From Epithemia pelagica (Eukaryota; Protista; Bacillariophyta), in the NCBI GenBank assembly GCA_946965045.2, contig OX337233.1, positions 1,922,001-1,986,000 of the forward strand: a DNA stretch of 64,000 nt, given 5' to 3'. Below are positions 44,676 through 57,102 of the stretch, piece by piece. The position numbers and the translations under genes are program-made. The notes beneath the pieces are model-generated. The model was not told the origin of the DNA, did not search any database, and saw only the letters and a program-made list of their open reading frames with translations. Within the stretch, counting starts at the first letter, position 1; each line of letters begins with the position of its first letter.

Positions 44676-45845
44676 TCACTTGTCTTTGTTCTGCTCTTCC
44701 GTGGAGGCAACGGAGTTCTTTGTATTTGTAGAGTTGGCGTTTGTCGTTGTGGTAGCTATCGTTTGGTTCTGATTTTCATTATGTGCGGTTGTCTTGTTGG
44801 CACGAGCCCCGGCTCCAATTTCCCTTCGCAAGGGTTGCACCAGTCGACATCTCACCACGTCACGGGCAGGGATCCATTGTTTGGGGTGGTTGGCGGATGG
44901 CTTCGTGTCGTCGTTGGGACTCAGTGTTGGACTGGTAGTCCGACTACGAACCATGGGCTTAAACCAATGTCCAGCACGTTGGCCAATCCAAAATCGGGCC
45001 ACACCCGTCCATCGTACTGTTTGACCTTCCACCAAGGCCTACGGATGTGCAGGCATTTGTTCAAAAAAGAAAAATTGACACAAATGTACGATACATGCAA
45101 ACAAACGCAGTTTTAGAAGGACATATCCAGGAGATGCGCGATTGTGTTGAAACACTTGGTTCATACGTACTTGTCGTAGTTCGTCCATCCAAGCATGAAC
45201 AATACGTCGAGAGGCATAGAGAGGAATTCCATGCTGTTTTGACACGAATCGAATGATATGCGACAAGCGCAAGGTGCTCGTCACATCGCCGTCGGTCATC
45301 GGTTTTGGTGCGGACTCTTGTGTTGTCTTGGTCTGGTTCGCTGTATTTTGGACGCCCGTTTTACTCTTGGAGGTTTTGGTAGTGGTGGTGGTGGCTCTTT
45401 TTGGTTTGCTGCTGGTGGTTGTTTTTGTGCTGGTCTTGCCTGTCGTCTTGGAGGTGGTGGCGGTGGTTTTCTTCTTCATTGTCTTCGATGTCTTGCCGGT
45501 GGCCGGTGTCGACGTTGTAGGTGCGGTTGCTCGGGATGACAGTGTTCTGCTGGGGATTGCAACCGGAGTGGCAGTAGGTAATGACAGGAGAGGGTACACT
45601 GATATTGATATTGGGGTTGGAACATGTTGTGCTTGATCTGACCGGGGATAAATAATTCTAGATGATGACCATGGGTTTTGTTGAAGTAAAGATGTTACAA
45701 CACCGACTGGACGATGATGGCTGTAGTTATTCATTTGTCGTTGTATCATCCGTTCCTCACAACCCTTACGCAAAGAAAACGCAATCGATGATACAGCATG
45801 GGGCATCTTAGTATTCTTCATGAATCCAGCAGATATACTTATCAT
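44676..45845 (-). CDS. HU/IHF-like DNA-binding protein 3 with a Lys/Thr-rich extension; exons 45845-45171 and 45038-44676 (345 aa)
   Basis: Spliced product: LRLSHIIRFVSKQHGIPLYASRRIVHAWMDELRQ|ALVEGQTVRWTGVARFWIGQRAGHWFKP...KQWIPARDVVRCRLVQPLRREI. Intron GTACGT...GTAG. SRTLSS motif upstream. Confidence 0.75.
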
Positions 45846-46034
45846 TTTACGTTGCTTGATCGACCATCTACTTTAGTCGAAGACGGGAAGCGTCGGATGT
45901 TCTCATGGTCGGTGGGCCGAATCTTTTGTCTTCTAAAACTTTCCGGTGAACCCAGAAAAGAAACGGTCGCATTTAGGTCATACAGTGTCGCCTACATTTG
46001 GTATCTTTTTCTTCGTCATGATTCGAGGTGTACC

Positions 46035-46471
46035 ATGATGGTCCAATCAATGGCTCGCCCGACATTCCTCATGATACAGTGGCTTTGTATGGTTAGTGTC
46101 CTTCTCGATTGGTCCAGTTCGTCGGTCCTCGTGACGGCCTGGACGACGACAACGACGACCACCACCGTCTCAGTTTCGTGGCATGGTATAGCATCCGTGT
46201 ACCCCCGTCATAGAAGTATGCCAACCAAATGCCGAGTTTCCACAACGGCCTCTTCGAACCACAAGATATGGATGCGTACCACCACTCATTCACTGGTCGT
46301 GCTGCACCAATCTCAAGACCCTACGACGATACGCAAATGACAGGCACGGAAGGTGGGTTCGCTGGCTACCTCCTCCCGTATGCATTGGCAGCAGTGGCAT
46401 CGCTCGCATTAACCGCCGCCATTGTTCAGTTTGTACTCTTGCCTGGTGGCGGCGGTGGTGGTGGATGGTAG
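46035..46471 (+). other. Possible small plastid-targeted single-pass membrane protein, split by an apparent 1-nt frameshift near 46322
   Basis: Signal-like MARPTFLMIQWLCMVSVLL...VTA|W plus a T/S-rich segment in one frame; TM segment FAGYLLPYALAAVASLALTAAIVQFVLL in another frame. Confidence 0.4.
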
Positions 46472-46880
46472 ACTTCATTTCGCACACACAAGGTTGTCGT
46501 TTTGGATTTTCTTTGAAACGTGAATGTAGAAAGTTTGGTGTGGTGATGTAAGCGTCTTTTGAAATTGCAACCATTATCAACAAGCAAAAACTTGTTTCAT
46601 TGAAGGGGGATGTCCATCTCACCATAGTATTACAGGATGCTCTATAGTTATGTCATATCTTACCCCTACTTTTGTGCGTTTTTGGCTCTACTATGTCAAA
46701 CGTCCTTCATCAGGCGGCAGACCAATATATTTGACATTGACGCACAAAAACATTCATGAAAACGGTTGATGCTCAACACATTCACGAAATACCTAGGCAA
46801 AACTCCTCTCCTGCAAGGAGGGGAAGGCACTCCGATCATGTCTTGTGGGTATAGTATCACACTTCCGATAGTATGTTTCA

Positions 46881-49800
46881 CTAAACATCGTCCTCAAATC
46901 CTTTTCCAAGCGATGCCTTCTTCTTGTTTCTTTTCATTTCCTGCCGCCGTGAGAACGTCGCAACGGCGTTCTTGCCATTGACCTCCGCACTATTATCCGG
47001 CGAATGCTTGTGTTCTCGTCGCATCGATTTTCTCCCCGCTCGTTGAACGTTTGTATTCTTCACATGGTTGATCTGCTTCGAATCTTTATCACCATCCGTT
47101 TCTTGGCCAAAGTTCGCAACTTCGTCATGCGACAACATTCCTGGAAAATGCGAGGTTCGAGTTAGTTTGCGCCCCTTTTTCGATGTGGTACCTGGGGATT
47201 TCCTTGCAGTCTCTGTATGCACGGCCTTCTTTGTTCGTTTACCTTCCTCCAGTTCTTCCCCAAAGTTTTCCACCTCGTCTACCGGAAGCATTCCTGGAAA
47301 ATGAGAAGTAGGAGTTCGTTTTCGCCCCCTACTAGAAGTGGTACTTCGCCGTTCGTGTGCAGTCTCTGAGCGGACGACCGGTTTGGATTCCTTTTCTTCC
47401 TCTACTTCCTCCCCAAAGTTTTCAACCTCGTCAACAGACAGCATCCCTGGAAAATGCGAAGCGCGAGTTCTTTTCCGTTTCTTTACAGATGTAAGGGAAT
47501 TAAGGTTCCCATTGTCCTCTTCTAGATTGTCACTCCTGGACGCCGGGCTTTGCAAACGTTTCGCAGTTGTATCATTCTTTACTGTATCATTCCCGCCGCT
47601 ATTTTTCCCCTCCGGTAGATGATTGGACGAACAAGCCAAACTGCGCCTTGCATCGGAATTGATCGATTTGCGCTTTCCTGAGCTACCTAATTGTCGGCGC
47701 TGTTTGTGGAAAACGCTGAGGACCTTGTTGATATTTTCCCGTTCGGAAGAAGTCCGGTGTCGACGTTTCGCTGTAATAGAAGTGCTGTTACTGTAGCGAA
47801 GTGTTTCTCCATCGTCCATGGAACCTTTCGTTTTTTCCTCTTTTCCTTCACCCTCTCTATTGTCCATGGGACCCTTCGACTTATCAACTTGTTCCTCGCC
47901 CTCTCTATCGGCCGCGGAACCCTTCGATTTATCAATTTGCTCTACATCGACAGTCGATTCCATGTGACCCTTCGACTTCACACCTTGCTCTCCATCGGCC
48001 GTGGAATCTTTAGTGTTCTCCTCTACCCCTTCGACTTTTCTATCGTCCATGTTACCCGTCGACTTCACAACTTGCTCTCCATCGGCCGTGGAACCTTTAG
48101 TGTTCTGTTCGGGTCCTTCGCCTTTTTTATCGTCTATGTGGCCCTTTGATTTGTCGACTTGCTCTCTATCGTCCGTAGATACTTTGGTCTTCTCCTCTTG
48201 TCCTTCAAACACTCCATCGTCCGTGTGGCTTTTGGTCGTCTCCTTTCGTCCTGCACCCTCTCCATCATCTGTGGTGCCTTTGGCTACCCCCTCCGTGGAG
48301 CCTTTCACAGAATCGCTTCCTGACCGATCTTCAGAAGCCACTGTTTTGCAACCATTTAAGCTCTTGGTAGCTGAGGTGGTTTGGTATGGCTGGTTCTTGC
48401 TCTCGGACGCTGAGGTATTGTGCACTTCCTGTCGTCCAAGATCCGTTCTCGTGTCGTCTGTCTCATCATTCACGTTGGCCAGATCGAAATCAGGTTTGAT
48501 GTTTCCTGCGTCCTCAGAGTCTCCTTTGTCTCTAGTCTCACCTCTCGTATCTAACTCATCGCTGCACCCAGTGTTCTCTTTCTGTGGTCCTTCTGGTTCT
48601 TCCGTATACGATTCAGCATGGTCGAGAGCAGCAAAACCAAATCCATCGTCGCTGTCCTTCGACGCAGATGCTTGGTCATTTGATCGGGAGAGGTTTTTAC
48701 TTGAATCATGTTTCATATCACTTGCCTTCTCAGTACCTATCAGCTTTCTGACAGAATTGTCAGTTATCTTGCTATTGTCGTCCTGACCACGAGAAGGATT
48801 TTTGTTCTTCTTTGCACTCCCAATGGTTCTGGATGATTTCCTGGTAGGTTGTTCTATTGATACAAGCGAGGAGATATTGGAAATACGCTTTGGCCGCCCA
48901 CGGCCTCCTTTACCATGGCTCTTAAGAAAATCGGGCTCTGTCTCCGACTCGGTATGCGCCTTTAAAGAACGGGTCGCTGATGTTAGAAACGAGCGTTTGT
49001 AAGGGTTCTCATTCACTGAAACCAACTGCAGTCGAGACTCGGAGGTATCCACGGGTATTCTCGCTGACGTAGAGGGCTCTTCCGCTGCCTTCTCTGATAT
49101 CGGGTTCTTGCGAGGACGGCCTGGACCGCGCCGCTTTGAGGACAAAGTCGATGAATCCAAGAGAGTTTCATCATTGGCTTCCGCAAGACGGTTGCGTCCG
49201 CGTTTAGCTGGGGGTGTTCCGATCAGCTGGGATTCCACTTGAGCATAGGGGTTGTCGACAGGATCTACGGAGGGGCGACTTCGTTTACGGTGACGACGCT
49301 CTGCTTCAGGGGTGGGGTCGTGACTTGTAACCGATGGTTTCTTGTTTTCAGAAGAAACCAGCGCTTTCCTCCGAGCAGGAGACTTGGGAGGTCGTTCTGG
49401 AACGGTTACTTCCGCTATCAAGAAGTCATCAACGTCGTCAATCCCCGACTCGAAACAAGCACCGCTTTCTAAACTCTGCTTTCCAGGAACCTTCGTAGGG
49501 TCAATTTCGTATTTTGGTGATTTATCCTTCTGGTTTAGACAAAATCCTCCCTGCTCGACGGGAATTTTGTCGTCTCCTAGAAAAAGAAGACTCGATTTAG
49601 ACCGGTAGGCACGACCAAGCCAGTCAGCGTGGAAATCAATTTCTGCCTTGGTCAGTGGCCCTACGAGGCTAGGCGTATTCAGCACTGCGCGTAGTGCACG
49701 ATCAAGCGCCAAACGGTCACAATCGTCGCCATCGTCATACAAGCGGTTTCGTAGAGCCGCTCCAAACGCAACAAGTCGACATTTCCTCGCATCCTCGCAT

Positions 49801-52800
49801 CTACTTTCTCTTGTGCTGTAGACTCTTTTAAGTTGCTCGGGAGATAAATCTTCCTCTTTCTGTCCGGGTTCCAACAAGGGTTCCCAACTGGAATCGTGTT
49901 CCACCCACCATTCAGCCCAACGCCAAGCCCATCCAAGTATTTTTACAACAACAATTGCTGCATTCATGATTCTTGATCCCTCCGGGAATGTATAGCGCAT
50001 GTCATCTTTTCTCTGTCTGCGTTGAATTCGAGCCTTTTCGATTTCGTACAAGTCTTCCAGTTTGGCCCGTAGATTGTGTTCATTGCTGCAATGTTGATAA
50101 CAGTTCACTAAAGTGGAAAATCGCAAAAAGCTGATAAGCGAGACTACCACCAAGCAACACGACCCTAGTGCGTCAAAGCATCAGGACTTACCGAACCATC
50201 GTCCCTCTGGACTTTCCGACTCATTGTCATGGGATACTTCCAGCCCCGCATGGCGGGCGCATGTGACATGAAAATACTTCGGAACAAGTTTGTCGCCGTT
50301 CTGCCAACAACAATTTCCATGACACCGTACCTTCAACCCAAACTTTTTTCCGCAAAGAAAACATGGGTGGCTCTCGTTAATAAACCCATTTCCATGCCCC
50401 ATGACGACATTGACAAGATCAAGTTGACCTGGGCGGTCATTGGACCAAAATATTTTTGGTGACCACCTGACATGATACGAAAAAAACAATCAAAGTTGTT
50501 GAGTTTTCTGGCACAGTCGTTTGATTTGCAAAAGAAGATGTATGAAATTTTTGTACTTACAATCCGCAGATAAAATGAATATATTTGGCTCGTTTGAAGA
50601 GTGACTTTTCGTACTGTTGTTTGGTCTTTTTCCATTTTCCGACCCGCGCAACGTGGCACTGTCGTAAGGGTCCGTGCTTGCTAAAACATGCCACGCATTC
50701 CGGACGCCAGTTTTCTTTTTGGTCGTCGGAGTCCAACGGTTCATTGGCCAGTTTAGTCAAAGCCTTTTTCTTTGCTTCTTGTTCCGCCCTGCATGTCAGA
50801 CATTTGCCATACTCGGATACATTATCAGTATCCAACACGCACTCTCGACAAACAACCTCTCGGCACTGATTGCATCGCACAAAGTCCTTGGGGCTTTCCC
50901 ATACCAGATCACATATTTCGCACCGACATCCGACTGACCGATTAAGGGTGAGTTCACGAATCAGAGCCCTTTCGTATTCAGGGTCTCGGAACAAGTCCTC
51001 TTGTTCTTCTCTTGTTGCCTTATTGAATGGAATTTTCTCCACAACCTTCCGTGGAGGTTCTGGGATAGGTTCCGGTGGCAAAGCCTTGGCCAATTCGATC
51101 AATTGCTCTATCGACAGCGTGTTTTTCGGTTTTTCATCCTCAGGATCAATAATGGAGTGTTCCGGACACAGAAGCGTCCATGGATCGTCCGGGACATCCC
51201 CGTGACAATCCTCTCCATGAAACACTTGACAGGTTCCCACTGCTCGAGCACACGTCACGTGCATCCACCTATCGCAATCAGCGTGTCGGCACTTGATCAT
51301 GCTCCCTCTCTCACCCAAACAAAGCTCGCACCTGATGCCTTGTTTCCTAAAGCTTGCCTTGAGTTCCGTCACATCTTCAACCAACTCACAACGTTTCTTA
51401 TCAATAAACTCCAACCCTTGCCATTTTGCGCAAATCGCATGAACCCATCGCCCTTTCGACTTTGGTTTCGACGGGCTAGCTTTGACTAGACAAGTGTCAT
51501 GTGGTGACTCATTCGTTTTCACTTTTTGCTTCTCTTTGTCCTCCTTCATGTCGGTCCGTAGGAATGCCCCTCGTCGAATTGGACACAGTTCACAAACGAT
51601 GGGAAGCTCATTTAACTTTCGTTTGACCCGTTTCACTGGTTTTTTCTTTTTCCTGCTGTTGCTATTCTCAGTCGTTTCTTCCTTGCCTCGAGCGTCGTCA
51701 TCTTCTTGACTTTTGCTCTCATCGTCGCGTCCCAGATAGCGACAGGCAATACAATGATAATCGCCCACCGGCACCTGTTCAACGTTGTAACACATTTGGT
51801 GTACGGGTACATTGCAAGTGTCACAAAACAGAATTTGATTGTCCGGTGTTACTTCACCATCGTTGCAGATGCTACAGACGGCCTCCATATCTTGTTCCAG
51901 CTGCCTTTGTTTTTCCAACACGTGTTGTTTATGCTCTGCCTGCAGTTTCCAAAACTCGGCATGGACCTTCTTTTCGTTCTCGGCTTCTTCAAAGGCATTG
52001 GACTCTTCAAACTCCATCCTCTCTTTCACCACGCATTCCAAGAGATTTCGAGCTTTGGGTTCCGCTGCTTTTTCCAAGTCTTGCACTTCCTGCTGATAGC
52101 ACTGTAATAGACGCAAAAGTTCGTCCTCGTCCTCTACTGTGGTTGACACTGAATCTTGTTGTTGTTGTTGTCGAATCGTTGCGGTTCGTAAAATATCAAG
52201 TGCCGGTTCTTGATCACCGTGCAAGGGCGGAATATCAATACGGACTTCGTCAAGGATGCGTTGAGGATCCATGCGGTAGATTTCCTGAATGGTCGAAGCC
52301 AGATCATTTTTGCCCTGCTGGTCATCCAATCGGACCGTGATCGCTACCGTCAAGGATCGTGTAGATTGAGGGGGATTACCAAAGGCTATCGACTTCTTTT
52401 TGCTGCGCGAGGAGGTCAAGGAAGACGATGATGACCGCCGAGGAGGACGGCGAGGATCTGGCACGGACGGCGACGGATTCACGGGAACCAGCGCACTTGA
52501 GGAGGGTAAGGACTCGGAAGGAAGCGGTGGCGGCGGTGGTGCCAAGGCTGCCCTGGCTTCGGATTCCTTTGGAAACCGGACAAGTGACCGAAACATTCGG
52601 TTCTTGTCACTTTCGTCTATTGTATGATAATCTTTCGGTGGTACAACCCACTGGTTGACGCGTTGCATGTGTTGAAGTTGCAACAACGCCAATCGGCTAC
52701 TGCAGTTATTCAAATCGGCAATCATACAACAACGCGGATGACGTGAGGTTGATTTCGATGGGGTAGGGATCGAATCCATGCTTTTGTTGTCCAACTGCGG

Positions 52801-55506
52801 AGAAGAGTAACTGTTTGACGAAGCTACAGATTTCTCTGCGGTGGCTCTACGGCTTGAGGTCTGATGAGTTGGAGACCCTGATGGGCTATCTGCGGATTTG
52901 GTTGTGGCTGAGACTGAAACTTTAACGTCCACCTTTGGGGAGCAAGCAATGTTGAGTGTGCTTGTTGCAGTTGCTGGAGAAAGTTGCTTTTGGGTCGTCT
53001 CGTTTTGGGCTACAGCATTGGTGGATGGAACGCTTTCCCTTGTTGCTGTACCTGCTGGAGCCATGGTTTCCGTTTTGGTTGGCGGCGCTTTTTTGAACGA
53101 GGTGGAATTCGTCGTGGGAGGCGGCGGAACTTTTGCCAAGGGCTTCTCCTCCAGTTTCGCGGAAGGTGGAACAGCTTTGCCTTTTATCGTTCTGGGCTTG
53201 ACATCCATGTGGTCCTCTTGGAATGGTTTGTCACCGTACGATGGAGACGTGGCGGTGGCAGGTTCCATGGCAAAGGCGTGGACCAGCAAGTCGCGAAATG
53301 GACTGTTTCGAACTACTCCATCCAGTACGGCATAGTGGACCTTGGCCGCTCGAGCATGATCCAAAACAGTACACAAGGCCAAAATCAAATTCGCCGTTTG
53401 GTGTGGAGAGGTGTCCGAGGAAGGGCGGTTGTGGTTGGCATGGCGTTTCGAAGGCCACATCAACGACGTGAAGGAACCCACAAGGGGGTGATTCTCCTTC
53501 TCACTATTGTGGTTGTTGTTGTTGGTAGACGACGATTGGACTAAAACGTCTTGAATTTGAACCACCATGCCCACTTGTTGCGTTTGTTGCTGTGAGGATT
53601 GTGGTTGCGTTTCAAAGGGAACCCATACAAAATTGTACCAGACAAGAATGGACGGCACCGCCATGGGTGCATCCAGAGCTGTTTCGGAAGAAGGGGACAG
53701 TCGCGGCACGATGCAAAGTCCCCAACTGCCCGATGTCACATTGGGAAACAACGATTCCTCGTCCAACCAATCCGTGTCCGAATTTCGTTGGGTTCTCTCA
53801 AAGTCATCCTCACTAGTTGCAGTACGCGTCTGTGGAGCTTGATGTTGTTGATGCAAGGCCGTCCAATAACGTTGCTTGTACTCGGACCAGGTACAAACTG
53901 TCCACTCGGTGGACGATTCGTGTCGGTTTGTTGCTGATGTTGCGTCGATGGCTGTTTTCGAGGCAGAAGTTGCACATGTGTCCGATTCAGGTACTGAGAA
54001 GGACGCTATCGGTCTTTCAGAAGTATCGGTTGCAATGGTGGATGGTTTTGGTTCCGAAAAGGTCCAACTGTTTTCCGACAATGATTCATCGTCGTGTGGG
54101 TTGATCGCTGTCAATAAGCCCAGTTCCTGTCCTCGAGACAGTGTTTCCTGAAGTTGTGTGGATTGGGTTTGTTGCCAGGCTTGCCGCAATCGTTTCTTGT
54201 GCGGTGCGGCTGTAACGGGACGAATCGTTCTCCTGGAGCGATTGGGATTCGAGTACCACCGAGAGGAACGATTCCACAATGACGATGATGACGACTCCCA
54301 GGGATGGGCGACGAGTTGGAGATACAAGGGGTCGATCGGATCTGGGTCGATGTTGTTCATGGTATGAAGAGGCCTCCAAGGTCTTGCCCCATGGCCTAAG
54401 GGAGGAATGATCTGATAGGACTGATCTTGAGCGGTCCGTCGCAATGGCCATGAGGCGACGGAAGCAACAGTGCATGTCGTAGGGATGCCAGTGCTGCCAC
54501 TGGAAGAACGTCGTTTTCGTCGACGTGTTTTGTGGGAAGGTTCGTCCTCAAAGCCCAACAATCGTGCCTGATAAGCCAGGGAAAAGGTATCCGGCACAGG
54601 AAGGGACAGGGAGGAAAGGGGCCAGACTTCGGCGGAATGTTGAGGGGAGGATGGTTCCGATGGATCTTCGGAAGGATGAGTCGTTGATGGAGGAGGCCAT
54701 TCCACCAAAGGATTTACCAATCGATGCGGGTTCAAATCCGTCAATTCCACAGACGGGGTACCCGAATCATCTTCTTGTACTGATGAGGCTTTGGTGGAAG
54801 AGGCCTTACCGCCGGCTCGTGAAACGGATCGTCGTCGACCCCTCTTGGTGGTGGTTGTAGCCGTATTCGCTTTGGTCGTACCGTTGTTCTTGGATTTGGG
54901 AGGTTCTGTGGCCGTCACTAACAGGCAGGATGATTCGTTCAACGTAGTGGACGCTGTTGCACCTTTCGCCGTCGTTGAGAGGCTCATCGTTCGAGCCCGT
55001 TTGGCTCTGGGGGGTTTGGAAGAAACGGTCGTTTCAAGGGTGCTGATGTTTGTACAATTCAAATCAGCAGAAGAACTAGCAGCATCGACGCTAGGCATGG
55101 TTTGAACATCGTTTCCATCTTCGGGAGTCTCTGTCATAACATTCATCTTTGAGCTGTCGTTGTTATGAGAAACCGTTTCCTGGTTGTTCTGCTGGTGCGA
55201 GATCAATGTCGTCGTTGCAGGTTGTACAACAGCTACCGTCTCTCGACTTTTCAGTTTCTTTTCTTCCTCCCACAACAAAGGAGGTACAACACCCATGGAC
55301 GACGAAGAGGGCGGCTTGGATGCGAGGGAGGACTCTGAGGGTGGTTGAGTAGCTCCAGACGTGTGGGTAGATGGGCGGGATGAAGCGGGTGGTTGTTTTG
55401 GTGCAGTTGTAGCAGCTTCTTGTGGTTCGTTGCTTGTCGGCATCGCCTTAGTACCTGCTGTAGGCGACGTATTGCTACTCGAAGCCGCCGACATGCAGGA
55501 TGTCAA
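46881..55506 (-). CDS. ~2815-aa chromatin protein with multiple PHD/extended-PHD (PZP, BRPF/Jade/AF10-like) fingers and AT-hooks; exons 55506-50561, 50466-50192, 50107-46881
   Basis: CSICNDGEVTPDNQILFCDTCNVPVHQMCY...HCIAC; CELC...WVHAIC...CELC...CRHADCDRWMHVTCAR...LCPEH; a second ePHD restored across two GT-AG introns. The exons sum to 8448 nt, in frame. Confidence 0.9.
47110..47480 (-). repeat. Three coding repeats RKRTxxSHFPGMLxxDEVxNFGxE (~38-39 aa period)
   Basis: Visible in the translation of ORF 46881-50153. Confidence 0.85.
47770..48260 (-). repeat. Coding minisatellite, about 6-7 copies of a ~23-aa unit EQxxKSKGxxDDxxxEGxEExTKxSTxD
   Basis: Repeated ccatcggccgtggaacc / tcgacttcac blocks on the plus strand; the repeats are also visible in the translation. 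Confidence 0.85.
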
Positions 55507-56238
55507 TTGGGACGGGCCTTGTTGTGTAATTTATGCCGGTCTGGAATCAAAGATCATGACACAACACAACAGGGCGTACAAAATTCTTCCCGATTTTGCT
55601 GCATAAAAGCGAGAATGGCGATGGTGGGTAACGCGTCGCGTCTTGATCTGTCGTGGATCACAATCCGAAGCGGCTAAAACTACGAAGTTACTGTTGACAT
55701 TCTCTCCACCACCGACCTCCCACCGCTCGGAGTTGCCGGAATTGCTTCTGAGTTCGAACTTTTGAATCTTGAATTTCAAAAGTAGTACCTCGCGCGCGGG
55801 ACCTCACCAGTCAAGAGTTGTTTCCAGTCACGAATGTGGTGTAGAGTCTATCCGTCCTCCAGCAACTCGACTAGCAACGACGCTCCTTCCGCAAACTACC
55901 TAGGTAGGTAGAGGGGGAGATTGGGAAACCCATACAAGTACACGACCAATCTTGGACTTGTTGTCTTGTGTTGGTCCCACGGAAAGGAAAATCTATCTTG
56001 GTGCTTTCTTTCCAACAAGAGCAGAAATAGTCGACTTTCTGTCGGAGTTTTTTTTAATGTCTGAATGTTGGGATTCCAAAATCACTGGAGCCCAAAGTAG
56101 TGGGGGTTGAGAGAGTATGAACCGAATGTTGAATTGTGAAAGATGTGATTTCTTCTATGTGTCATTTATGTTACATTCTATTCGTTTTACATAGCCGCCC
56201 ACCTAGTCGCTTGTGTAGGTACCTGGCTTTGTGTCAAC

Positions 56239-57102
56239 TTAGTGTAGTACGTAAAAGGAACGTCCGATGCTGGGGGAGAAGGTGGAGTAGTAGTTTGGCA
56301 CGTCCTTGTGGCCCGTGCGGGTGACGGTTGTTGGTGCTGTAGTTCCTGCAATCTCCAGGATTGCCACCACTAGGAAAAGGAGGGGCGTGAGAGCAACCAG
56401 TTGACAGACCCACTGTACCAACAGACTCCACGACTCATAGAAGCGGCTGCTTGCTGTCCGTTGCGTCTTTTCTGGATTTTTCTTTGAAGCATTCTCCTCT
56501 TGTTCTTCTTGTTGTCCTAGCGATGAAAGAAGTTGATTCATGTGGTTCTGAATACATTCTAGGAACAAGACGGATTGTGCGGCAAAATCAGCTTCCTCGT
56601 TCTGGTAGTAGTGAACGAGTAACGGAGCTTGGGAAAGACAATTCGCGGTCATGTAAGTCTCTTCTTCTTGATCTGAAAGGGTCTTGTCTTGGTGCATACA
56701 TTCTTCACTCAATGGATTCATGAGGTAGTCCTCGACCAAAGCCCTGTGGTGATCCGCACAAGGTTGGCAACAACGAGAAAAGGAACCGCTTCTTGAATGG
56801 AGTGGAACTGCCAACAACGACTGGTGCAAAGACGACTCGGAGGTATTCCTCTGCGTTTCATCCGTGTCAAAAGTTTCAGCACTGCTTTGTACTGCGGAGC
56901 ACGTTTCTCGACATTCTTGGTAATGGTCCATGGTACAGACGACAATCTTTTGGACCCCTTCTTCCAGGCAAGATTCGAACTGTAGTTGTTCTTCTTGTGG
57001 ACGGTACAACACGTCAACAGCACCGGATATCGGTACAACAACCAAGAGTGTCATAAAGGGAAGAAAGCAAAAGGATGTGGAGAACGAACCAAGCTGAACC
57101 AT
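56239..57102 (-). CDS. Uncharacterised Cys-containing type I membrane or secreted protein
   Basis: Signal-like MVQLGSFSTSFCFLPFMTLLVVVPISGA; several Cys; C-terminal TM segment WVCQLVALTPLLFLVVAIL. The ORF track starts at 57180. Confidence 0.55.
   Translation of the reverse strand: MVQLGSFSTSFCFLPFMTLLVVVPISGAVDVLYRPQEEQLQFESCLEEGVQKIVVCTMDHYQECRETCSAVQSSAETFDTDETQRNTSESSLHQSLLAVPLHSRSGSFSRCCQPCADHHRALVEDYLMNPLSEECMHQDKTLSDQEEETYMTANCLSQAPLLVHYYQNEEADFAAQSVLFLECIQNHMNQLLSSLGQQEEQEENASKKNPEKTQRTASSRFYESWSLLVQWVCQLVALTPLLFLVVAILEIAGTTAPTTVTRTGHKDVPNYYSTFSPSIGRSFYVLH

Noticed and set aside
18538-45845. HU-like genes as bacterial contamination or a recent bacterial insert
   Set aside because: They contain spliceosomal introns at a shared position, carry targeting extensions and are interspersed with core eukaryotic genes (EB1, UBA2).
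48001-48786. 261-aa plus-strand Ser/Val-rich ORF and neighbouring plus-strand ORFs
   Set aside because: Antisense of the charged minisatellite in the PHD-protein exon.
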